Source: Limisphaerales bacterium
Lineage (GTDB): Bacteria > Verrucomicrobiota > Verrucomicrobiia > Limisphaerales > SIBE01
Direction of reading: 5' to 3'
DNA length: 42,474 bases
NCBI GenBank assembly: GCA_044225505.1
Contig: JBGAIN010000065.1
Coordinates: 1 to 42,474 of the forward strand
Under the pieces are notes generated by a model. That model saw only the letters and a program-made list of their open reading frames with translations. It made no database searches and was not told where the DNA came from. Both the position numbers and the translations under genes were made by a program. Positions 8,027 through 16,544 of this stretch are shown here, in pieces; positions within the stretch are counted from its first letter, which is position 1; the number at the start of each line of letters is the position of its first letter.

Positions 8027-9635
8027 AGCCCTCCTCTCTCGCATGAGAGTCCCTCGGGTCATCTCCGAAATTCCAGATGTTCGAAAGAAATTTCGCCACA
8101 TCGAATTTGTCATTTGTTATATCTTCGTACGTTTGGAAGGCGCCGGCGCCCTTTTTTGAGAGCAATTCTGGCCATCCAAACGATTTCATTATCGCGCCCC
8201 ATGTAATATTCCCGATGGAATCTCGAAGGTAAGCTTTGTTTTTGTAAATATACCATTTGTTCACGTCCAGATCCTGCTTATAGTCCCACGGACGCCCCGT
8301 TGGGGAATTGGCCAAGACTTCCGGCAAGGACTTGACGTAATCTGGTGCAAGCAGCATCCAGCGCGTTAGAAGCGATGGACGCCAGCCAGGCGGCTTTTTG
8401 TGGCGGTCAACAAACTTCCGCATTTCCGGCTCGAAGTCTTCGACTATGCCAGAATATGCACCGGGTAGGTAATCTCTGTCGTATTTCCAAACCTCCCAGA
8501 AGCGCAGGCAATTCCAGTTTTTGGGTCCATGGGGCCCTTCGATGTACTTTGTCTCGAAAGGCCACCAGGTATTGTCACGACCGATCTCCTTTCCAGTGCG
8601 GTCGTAATAGATGCTGACAAGTCCAAGCGGATCACACTGATCTATCGGGCCATTTGCAACAAAACCGTAAACATTGGCACAAGCAATCTCACCCAGGGGA
8701 TCTCTGGATAGCCACCGTCCGGTGGAGGGGTTGTAATAACGGTGGCCGTAGTAAACCAAATCCGTCTCCAGGTCGGTGTATTTGGTGGACCAGCGGATGG
8801 GGATCGCTGGGCTGATCGAGCTGGTGGCGCGGATGACTTCACGGAAGGGGCCGTACTCGTGCTGCGCGGACGCTTGACCGCTCGCTCCACTGACGTAGGC
8901 CACTACGTTTCCATTCCCATCGTACGCTGGGAAATAAATCGTCCCGCCTGCCGACACAGCTACGAGTCCTCCGACCCCACCCGCCCCTTGCATCGAGCCG
9001 CTCAGGCCCGTTCCCCAGGAGTAAGCCCGCATGAGGGCATCTGCACCGTCAAACTCCGCCACTAAGTTCCAGCCATCCCAAACATACTTCGCTTGCCCCT
9101 GGAGCACGTGAGCGGATTTGTTGTAAGTGTAGATCTGCTTCGATCCTCGCCTGCCTTGGGTGTCGTATTCAAACTTTAGGCTCCGTACAGCAGAGGTCGG
9201 CACTGTGCTTTGGGATGGCACCGCCTCGAGCAGGTTCGCGGCGTCCCGCGTGTAAGTCCAGGGCCCGTCCGAGATCAGGTTGCCGTCCGTGTCGTAGCTG
9301 TAGCTCTCCGACGCTCCGGCCACGAGTAGGTTCCCCGGGACCGTATTGGTCGATCCTCCGCCCACTGCTGTGACGGTTACTCCCTGAGAGACCGGCTCAG
9401 ACCCGTTACTGACCGAGACAGCGCTCTGGAAATACTCACCACGGCGAGTGGCGCTTGGGAAACCCTCGGCTTTACCCCGTGAGATAACCGTGTCAGCGCG
9501 TTTTGAAATAACGCTGGCCCCAAACCGTCTTAAAATTCCTCTCTCGCCGGGCCGCATCGGCCCGGCAGGGGCACGGTTCATTAACGGATAGGCCGCTTCC
9601 GAATATTCCAGATCCAGTTGCCTGGGCATGACCAC
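8016..9635 (-). CDS. N-truncated Rhs protein with an Ntox44-like C-terminal toxin domain
   Basis: [56 protein letters not shown]. Tip has PWDYK..D.IGNITWG..GAG..GDDPRD...GY. The first ~60 codons are not Rhs-like. Confidence 0.85.
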   Translation of the reverse strand: MVMPRQLDLEYSEAAYPLMNRAPAGPMRPGERGILRRFGASVISKRADTVISRGKAEGFPSATRRGEYFQSAVSVSNGSEPVSQGVTVTAVGGGSTNTVPGNLLVAGASESYSYDTDGNLISDGPWTYTRDAANLLEAVPSQSTVPTSAVRSLKFEYDTQGRRGSKQIYTYNKSAHVLQGQAKYVWDGWNLVAEFDGADALMRAYSWGTGLSGSMQGAGGVGGLVAVSAGGTIYFPAYDGNGNVVAYVSGASGQASAQHEYGPFREVIRATSSISPAIPIRWSTKYTDLETDLVYYGHRYYNPSTGRWLSRDPLGEIACANVYGFVANGPIDQCDPLGLVSIYYDRTGKEIGRDNTWWPFETKYIEGPHGPKNWNCLRFWEVWKYDRDYLPGAYSGIVEDFEPEMRKFVDRHKKPPGWRPSLLTRWMLLAPDYVKSLPEVLANSPTGRPWDYKQDLDVNKWYIYKNKAYLRDSIGNITWGAIMKSFGWPELLSKKGAGAFQTYEDITNDKFDVAKFLSNIWNFGDDPRDSHAREEGYAF

Positions 9636-9683
9636 CTCCCTACTGCCGCCAATACTTTATGTCAATCATGAGGACTAACACCC
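9570..9683 (-). mobile_element. Degenerate 5' remnant of a RAYT/Y1-type transposase element
   Basis: MPRQLDLEYSEAAYPLMNR from ATG 9629 resembles MxRxLRxxYPGAxYHVMNR. Preceded by TTGACA (9665-9660) and a TIR-like GGGTGTTAGTCCTCA. Confidence 0.5.
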
Positions 9684-9986
9684 ACGGTTTCCTTCCGTAG
9701 CCGACAAGGTCTCGACCATCTCCGGCAGGGGGAAAAGCGAGCAGTGCTCCGCTTCTTAAGAAATCTTGGCGTCGTCGCGTCTGGGCGTGCGGAACGTATT
9801 CAGCCATCCACCCGAGAGGGAGCGACTGGCCAGAGATATGTCTCACATACCAGGAGCAAATTGCTCCTGGATTCCGTCGCGCTGCTAAGGCGCGCGTTTG
9901 GGGCGATGCCGCAGACCCTCGATCGACAGCTCTGGCTGGAGGTGACGCCCAGCGGTGGGCGGGACGAAGAGCGACGAAGGTGGGGG

Positions 9987-10019
9987 GATTATGATTACGA
10001 GGAGGATTACGATTACGAC
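9987..10019. repeat. Short GATTAC-type tandem repeat
   Basis: GATTATGATTACGAGGAGGATTACGATTACGAC. Confidence 0.6.
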
Positions 10020-10066
10020 GGAAGTTGTTGGGGAATAGAAATATGCGGGGTTACCGACGAGTCTGG

Positions 10067-10111
10067 GCGGAAAAGCGCCAGAGGTCTGGCGCACTCCAAG
10101 ACGCTGACGCG
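10067..10111 (+). repeat. REP-like hairpin, copy 1
   Basis: GCGGAAAA-GCGCCAG AGGT CTGGCGC-ACTCCAAGAC. Related copy at 14733. Confidence 0.65.
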
Positions 10112-10435
10112 CCATAACTAAGGTCTCTTAAAAATTCACTAGCAGCACCGTATGAGGTAGGGCCCGTGGTATCGCAGCCAGATTCCGGCCGTGCGCGCTT
10201 CGTCGTTCGCTGGTCACGGCTCCCTGACAGCTTGGTCACAGCGTCGCGAGGCTGTGAGCAAGCCGTTTACAGGCTGTCTTGAGGCTGCCAGCGGTGTAGG
10301 AAACACCGCTCCGGTAGGTGGGGCGAGCGGGTTTGTCCGCAAATTGCGGACAGAGTGTGAGACAAATCGCGGTTGCCTGGCCGTTTTGGGAACGGCCCGT
10401 TCCCAAATTCTTCAACCGCAAGGTGACAAAAAGTC

Positions 10436-12663
10436 TCGCGACACGTCGGTCAGTAAGAAATGAACTATGAACTACATAAATCGCTGCCGGACATGATTCT
10501 CTGTGATCCGGTCCTGCTTTTCGCAGCAGGTATTCTATGGGAGCGGGCGTTTGGCGGGCGACCAGTGTCACTGCCAAAGGTCCGAAGCCTCCTAGACAAT
10601 GTAGCCAGCCTGGAAGCCTCACTCCGGGTCCCGGCGCTAGAATCGGACGGTAGGGTCAAAGAAGTCTCACACTCGCAAGCATCGTCAGTCTCAACAAGCC
10701 ACACGAGGCTGTTCAAGGCTTGGACCAAAATGGTAAGCGGTCAGGTTCGGACTCTGACTTTTAGTCCGACGCGAATGCTGCACCGCCGGTGTATAGAGTG
10801 GGCCTAACCCGTCCTGTGATTCATGTGGAACGTGGAAAAGCCGCCATTCATTCCCGCCTTGGCTGGTCCAAGGCAGGCCCACCGTAAGGCAAGCCCAGGG
10901 GAAGCGGCAATGAGAGGATCGAACAAGCCAAGGCCGGTCTGTAATGGACCGGATATGCCCACGTCGATCTGGTCTCTCTTTGCAGGAGAATCCGTAGAAT
11001 CTTCATCACCGAGGAAAAGCAAATGACGATTGATCTTCACCGGTCAGTTGGTGCGTCCTCGACCCAGAGCCAGGATTGGCGATCCCTTCCCTGGGATCAG
11101 ATCCGAGCACGGGTCCGAAGACTGCAGATGCGTATTGCAAAGGCAATCAAGGAAAAACACTACGGCAAAGCCCGTGCTTTGCAGTGGATTCTCACGCACT
11201 CACGCTCGGCCAAACTCTTGGCCGTCCAGCGAGTGACCACCAATAAGGGAGCCCGCACACCAGGGGTCGACAAAAAGGTGTGGCGTAGCAATCAACAAAA
11301 GATGGCCGCCATCGGCCTCCTCAAGCGACGCGGTTACAAACCGCAGCCGCTTCGGCGTATCTACATCAAAAAGAAGAACGGCAAACTAAGGCCGCTCTCC
11401 ATTCCGACGATTCTGGACCGCGCTTTCCAAGCCCTCTACATGCTAGCCCTCCAACCCATCGCCGAGACTTGTGCCGACAAGAACTCCTACGGGTTTCGGG
11501 AAGGCCGTTCGTGCGCCGACGCCATTAAGCAATGCTTCATTGTTTTGGCCAGGCGCACCTCACCACAGTGGGTTCTCGAAGGCGACATCCGAGCCTGTTT
11601 TGATCAGATCTCGCAACCCTGGATGAGACAAAACATCCCTATGGACCAACGAGTTCTCCGTCAATGGCTTCAAGCCGGATATATGGAAAACAACCGGCTT
11701 TTCCCCACCACCGCTGGCACCCCTCAGGGCGGCATTGCCTCCCCAGTGCTGGCTAACTTAACCCTCGACGGGATGGAAGGCACGATCCGGGCCGCCATCG
11801 ATCCCAAGCGCGACAAGGTCAACTTCATCCGTTATGCGGATGACTTCATTGTGACCGCCGCCAGCAAGGAGATCCTGGAGCAGAAAGTCAAACCAGCCGT
11901 CATTCAATTCCTCGCCCAGCGCGGACTCCAGCTCTCCGAGGAAAAGACCGTGATCACTCCTCTCACCGAGGGATTTAACTTCCTCGGGCAAAATATCCGC
12001 AAATACGGACAGAAACTGCTGATCAAACCAACTCGACAAAGTGTCCGCAGCGTGTTGGAAAAGGCCAAGGAACGGATTAAGCACAATCATGGCCAATGCG
12101 CAGCCGCTCTGATCCACAAACTCAATCCGCTCCTCCGAGGGTGGGCCAACTATCATCGGCACGTCGTCTCTAAACGCGTCTTTGGACGAGTAGACTTCTA
12201 CGTGCACGCGATGCTCCGGCGCTGGGCGCGCCGAGAACATCCTAACAAATCCTCTACCTGGATTCGCAAGCGCTACTTCTCCGCCGATCCCACCGGTGCC
12301 TTTTCGGTTCGAACTAAGAACCCTCAAGGCCTGGCGGGCGTGCTGAAAGTCTACCGCGCAGCCCAGACCACGATCCAACACCATATCAAGGTCCGAGGAG
12401 CCGCCAACCCTTACGACCCTCTTTATACAGACTATTTCGAGAAACGGCGATGCTTCGCTTGGCGCACCTATCCCATCAGTTCCACTCGGACCTTTCGGTC
12501 GAGGCAGGATAGGTCAGTCTCTCGATCGTCTCCTCTCTCATCCTGATTGCCGGATCACCTCCGCTGAGGTCGGTCTTTGCAGAGGCTCGAGCCGTATGAG
12601 GGGAAACTCTCACGTACGGTTCTTAGGGGGGTCTGGGCGGGCGACCGCTCAGATCTACCCGGT
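10436..12663 (+). mobile_element. Group II intron (IIB, chloroplast-like class by IEP appearance)
   Basis: DV GAGCCGTATGAGGGGAAACTCTCACGTACGGTTC at 12589-12622 and DVI ending CTACCCGGT. EBS1 GACTTT (10756-10761) sits in a stem-loop and pairs with the exon end AAAGTC (10430-10435). Confidence 0.9.
11023..12546 (+). CDS. ltrA: Group II intron reverse transcriptase/maturase lacking the HNH endonuclease domain
   Basis: VRRLQMRIAKA N-terminal extension, TPGVD, RPLSIP, GTPQGG, RYADD, LNPLLRGWANY. Ends shortly after NPYDP with no HNH motif. Confidence 0.95.
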   Translation: MTIDLHRSVGASSTQSQDWRSLPWDQIRARVRRLQMRIAKAIKEKHYGKARALQWILTHSRSAKLLAVQRVTTNKGARTPGVDKKVWRSNQQKMAAIGLLKRRGYKPQPLRRIYIKKKNGKLRPLSIPTILDRAFQALYMLALQPIAETCADKNSYGFREGRSCADAIKQCFIVLARRTSPQWVLEGDIRACFDQISQPWMRQNIPMDQRVLRQWLQAGYMENNRLFPTTAGTPQGGIASPVLANLTLDGMEGTIRAAIDPKRDKVNFIRYADDFIVTAASKEILEQKVKPAVIQFLAQRGLQLSEEKTVITPLTEGFNFLGQNIRKYGQKLLIKPTRQSVRSVLEKAKERIKHNHGQCAAALIHKLNPLLRGWANYHRHVVSKRVFGRVDFYVHAMLRRWARREHPNKSSTWIRKRYFSADPTGAFSVRTKNPQGLAGVLKVYRAAQTTIQHHIKVRGAANPYDPLYTDYFEKRRCFAWRTYPISSTRTFRSRQDRSVSRSSPLSS

Positions 12664-12816
12664 ACCAACTACGGTCATGCACCGACGGCTGTGTTGCTTC
12701 TGACTTCAGCGCCTCCAATTCGTCTCGCCCGTCAACCCATCTTCAACTCCGGTCCACTCGCACCGTTTCCTCCCGCTGCCGCGCCGGTCAGATGCCGACG
12801 ACGGGCCGCTGTCGGT

Positions 12817-14529
12817 TTAGTCGACGATGGCCTTGCGCGTCGTAATCACAGGGTCGCCCCGGCCGTTAACGACATGCCGAATCCCACTCCCCGGCTTTCC
12901 GTTCAAGCGGATCGTGACCATGTGACGCATCTTGACGCCAGGGACCGCAGGGGTTTCGATCGCATTCTCTGCCACGACCGGTGCCGCATAGAAAACGCAG
13001 TAAACTCCTAACCCCCACGCTTCGTGCCGCGTCACGCTGTCAGCGACTTTATAGGAAGCGTAACCGTCCGTCTCCCCATGCCGCCAGGCGTCCTGGCTGG
13101 GCGGATCGTACGGCATCTCCGATTGGTAAAAGTAGACCCGTCCGCCATTCCCGTTCCAGACGGTCTGGTACTCTTGGCAATGCTCGACGAACAACCCGTA
13201 GATCGTCACATTGTCGCCGTTCACAATCAGGCCGGTGCGGTTCGGATTCTTTGACCAGCCAACGCCTCGGCCATGGTCCGCGCGCCAGAGCCAAAAGTTG
13301 TCTCCGATCACATCCTGAGAATGAATAACCATCATGCACGACGCGCTCCCCGCTTGCGCCCCGCCGACGCGACAGAAAATGTCCCAGAGGCAAATCGGAT
13401 CGGTCGCATGCGATTTGCGGCTGCCTGGCTCCCCAATTTGGATCAGCTGGCTTGAGTTCGTCGCCCCCGCTTCCACGAGGATTCCGGCAATCTTGACCCC
13501 GTCAACATCCGCCACCTCCAGTGCCGAGGTCCCGTGCACCGGCAACAACGTCGCGTAACCCAAGCCGAGCACGACCGTGTCGGGACGAGCGACACGGAGG
13601 GAGTTCTCCAGGCGATAGATACCCGGCGTGAAAAGCAGGTGTTTCCCTGAACTCAGCGCTGCGTTCAAGCTCTCCGCCGTATCAAACTCCGGCTTGGCCA
13701 GGTAGAACTGCTCGATCGGAATCACCTTGGCCGGCGTCGACCCAGTCGACCACGTGATCCCGCGTGTTCCGCGCCCAGTAAAGCTCGGCACCGCTACGTA
13801 GTAGTGGTCCTGGGCGTCCACGAACAAAAAGGGCTTCTCCCGAACGAGGGGCGTCTCCTCGATCACCGTGTACGGCGCCTCGGGCCAGGCTCCCGAGGGA
13901 GGATTCATCGTCCCGACAAAGACCATGTTCCAGGAACCTCCTTTCCAGGCCCCCCACTCGGCATTGCGCGAAAACCATTGTTGTTGCGAACCGGAGTTCA
14001 CTTGTCCGTCGATCTTGCAGTCAGCCAGGAAACCGCCGCTCGACCAACCGCCATCCCAAAGGTTCATCGATCCGCGCACGTGGACCCGCCGTAATGCCGT
14101 CGCTTGGGACACCGCCCAAATATTTGTGCCGCCGTCTTCGGAAGGGATCACCGCCAGGTTCTCCGCGCAGCGCCAAAAGTTACAGGTGGCATTGTGATTG
14201 GCCATCCAACGCGCTTTCGAGCGCACCGCGCCGGTGATGGTCACATCGTCCGGACTTTGTCCGAGACCGCTCACCTGCATATAGAATCCGACTTGGACAT
14301 CCAATTGGTAGTGGCCCGGCTTGAACAGGTAAGCGACCCGATTGGACCCAAACTGACTCGGCTCTTGCCGGCTGAAAACGGCATCGATCCGGCTTTGGAT
14401 ATTGGTCATTGAAGGATCGAAGACGAAAACGTTCGGGCCGAAGTCTGGAGTGGTGCTAGCGCCTCGCGCGGTGACAATGGCCAGCAGCAACAGCAGAATT
14501 GGAGAAGGGTTCAACTTCATAATCTTCAT
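12817..14529 (-). CDS. Secreted glycoside hydrolase family 55 (beta-1,3-glucanase-like)
   Basis: Signal peptide; PDFGPNV, NFWR, WAVSQA, SQQQW, WRADHG, YFYQSEMPYD. Start at 14529 or 14520. Confidence 0.85.
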   Translation of the reverse strand: MKIMKLNPSPILLLLLAIVTARGASTTPDFGPNVFVFDPSMTNIQSRIDAVFSRQEPSQFGSNRVAYLFKPGHYQLDVQVGFYMQVSGLGQSPDDVTITGAVRSKARWMANHNATCNFWRCAENLAVIPSEDGGTNIWAVSQATALRRVHVRGSMNLWDGGWSSGGFLADCKIDGQVNSGSQQQWFSRNAEWGAWKGGSWNMVFVGTMNPPSGAWPEAPYTVIEETPLVREKPFLFVDAQDHYYVAVPSFTGRGTRGITWSTGSTPAKVIPIEQFYLAKPEFDTAESLNAALSSGKHLLFTPGIYRLENSLRVARPDTVVLGLGYATLLPVHGTSALEVADVDGVKIAGILVEAGATNSSQLIQIGEPGSRKSHATDPICLWDIFCRVGGAQAGSASCMMVIHSQDVIGDNFWLWRADHGRGVGWSKNPNRTGLIVNGDNVTIYGLFVEHCQEYQTVWNGNGGRVYFYQSEMPYDPPSQDAWRHGETDGYASYKVADSVTRHEAWGLGVYCVFYAAPVVAENAIETPAVPGVKMRHMVTIRLNGKPGSGIRHVVNGRGDPVITTRKAIVD

Positions 14530-14732
14530 TAACCGGATGCGCGACCAAAGAGCGTCCGGCGGCGGCACACTCTGGTATCGCCGAACTCAGCGCTACCAGA
14601 ATGCCGCAAATCGCCGTTCGTGTCATTAGACGAATCCTGCCGGTGGGCCGCACAACGGACGGCGTTTTTTGTCTGAACCCGGCTTTGGCTCCGGCCAGAC
14701 GAAGGGAGTGGTGATTCCATCGGTGCGCTCGA

Positions 14733-14775
14733 GCGGAAAAACTGGAGAGGGCTCCAGCACTCCAAGACCTGGCGG
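14733..14775 (+). repeat. REP-like hairpin, copy 2
   Basis: GCGGAAAAA-CTGGAG AGGG CTCCAG-CACTCCAAGAC. Confidence 0.65.
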
Positions 14776-15161
14776 AAACGAGCACGCGCCTCGAATTTGG
14801 CGACGTGTCGTCGGCGCTCCGCCAAGGCCTTCGACGCGACACGAGTGCCTTCGATTGAGCTTCGTTAGCTTCGTTGCCTTCTGGTCGAGGAACCTCGTCT
14901 AACTCGTTGTTGGCTGCGGCTGGGCGGCAGGTTTGAGAGGTTTGGCCTGCGCTTCCAGCGCGTATTCTCATTCGGACGCGAACCGTGGGCGGCGCTTCGC
15001 TCTGCCCACGGCTACGGTGGAGTTGGGCCTTTGGCCCGGAAAGAGGTGCGGTAAAACTCCCTGGCGATCCACCTATTTCGTTTGTTCCGTTAGGCGGCGG
15101 AGGTTTTGGGGCAAAGCGGCAAGGGGCTCTCCTGCCGCGGCTGAGATGCTCATGATTCGCT

Positions 15162-15254
15162 GATAACACGGATTAAACATGGATTCAACAAGCCTTTAAC
15201 ACGGATTGTACCCGTGTTATTTCCCTGTTATATCCGTGTTATATCCCTGTTATC
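15162..15254. repeat. AT-rich palindromic array of AACACGGAT / ATCCGTGTT units
   Basis: Several AACA(C/T)GGAT units followed by several inverted (A/T)TCC(G/C)TGTTAT units. Confidence 0.7.
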
Positions 15255-15321
15255 TACGGACGAGAACCCTCATTGCCCTCTGCGCTTGCCGTTTCGCCTT
15301 AACCTCAGCCACACTCGAACC

Positions 15322-16238
15322 GTGAAAGCTCGACGGCTGCTTTGGCTTGGACTTCGAACGCTACTGGCGGTTGCACTCCTTCTGGCCGTGGGCATCGGAG
15401 CGATCTGGTGGTATTTCAATCCAACCCACACTCGAACGAGCGGGATCGTGTATACCCAGCGCCACGGCCACGACCTCACCTTTGATATCATCCGACCGGC
15501 ACGGCCTAATGGCTTGGGCGTCCTCCTCATGCTGAGCGGCGGCTGGCGCTCACCAAAGTCTGAGAGTTTTCGCGCGTTCATTGCTGCCCCCTTGCTACGG
15601 CATGGCTACACGGTGTTTCCTGTGTCGCACCTATCGCAACCGGAAGCGACCGTGACTGAGATTGCGGAGGATGTTGGCCGCGCGGTTCGGTTTGTTCGCC
15701 ATCACAGCGCGGATTACGGAATCGACAGCAAGCGGATGGGTGTGGTCGGCGGCAGTGCCGGGGGTCATCTTAGCCTGGTGCTGGCCACTCGCGGGGCTCC
15801 GGGCCGTCCGGACGCTCCAGATCCGATCGATCAGGAGAGCGGTGCGGTCCAATCGGCCGCCGTCTTTTACCCTGTGACCGACCTTCTCAACCTCGGCGCG
15901 TCAACGGAAAACCTGGGGGATGGAGGGCCGCCCAAGAGTTTCGCGAAAGCGTTCGGGCCGCAATCGACGAACCTGGCGGTATGGAAAGTCATCGGAGCCG
16001 ATTTGTCTCCGATCTATCATATCACGAGTAATACTCCGCCTATTTTGATCATTTGCGGCGGCGCTGATACACTCGTGCCCCCCGATCAAGCGACGCGCTT
16101 CAGCAAACGCGCGAACTGGGGCGGAACGTGGAGGTGATCGTGCGGCCGGGCAAGAAACATGGATGGCTAACGATGTATTGGGACATACGCCTTTTCGCCC
16201 AGTGGTTCGACGAGACGCTGCGTTCGAAACAGAGTTGA
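15322..16238 (+). pseudogene. Alpha/beta hydrolase (esterase-like), frameshifted near 16110
   Basis: SGGW, GGSAGG nucleophile elbow and DTLVP. The C-terminus with KHGW continues in another frame to TGA 16238. May be a sequencing error. Confidence 0.75.
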
Positions 16239-16544
16239 TTTGAGCCCGAACATTCCCGCGATCGCCTCGGACCCATATATTCGTCGAAATTTTGAAAGAT
16301 GCGCTGTGGTTGGCGCGTCGAGTTGGTAGGGACCTGCTTTGGATCGCGCCCAGGCCGATGGTGCGTCCGGCATCCAAAAGCGTCCGGTGGCCCGGTCGGG
16401 CCGGCCCTAGTCGCTTGGTTTGTTTGATTCAGGTCATCCTCTTCCGCGTTGAATCTGGCATCCTGCAGCGAGCGTGAGCCCCCTTGTTTCGATCAACAAT
16501 AAAGTTGCCATTAGCGTCACTGCTCGTGCGCAGGCCCCTACCGC

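Noticed and set aside
10191..10195. GTGCG as the intron 5' end
   Set aside because: The sequence before it does not pair with EBS1, while 10436 gives EBS1-IBS1 pairing and restores a palindrome.
10566..10571. TGTCAC as EBS2
   Set aside because: Complementary to the exon, but it seems too far upstream of EBS1 and cannot be confirmed without folding.
11023..12546. RT as a DGR, retron or cassette-diversifying enzyme for the Rhs array
   Set aside because: YADD, maturase domain, DV/DVI and EBS1-IBS1 pairing identify a group II intron. I saw no template/variable repeat pair.
12577..13011. 144-aa plus-strand ORF
   Set aside because: It translates intron DV/DVI and runs antisense to the GH55 gene.
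14456..15169. 237-aa minus-strand ORF
   Set aside because: It runs through intergenic repeats, overlaps the GH55 start and has no recognisable protein features.
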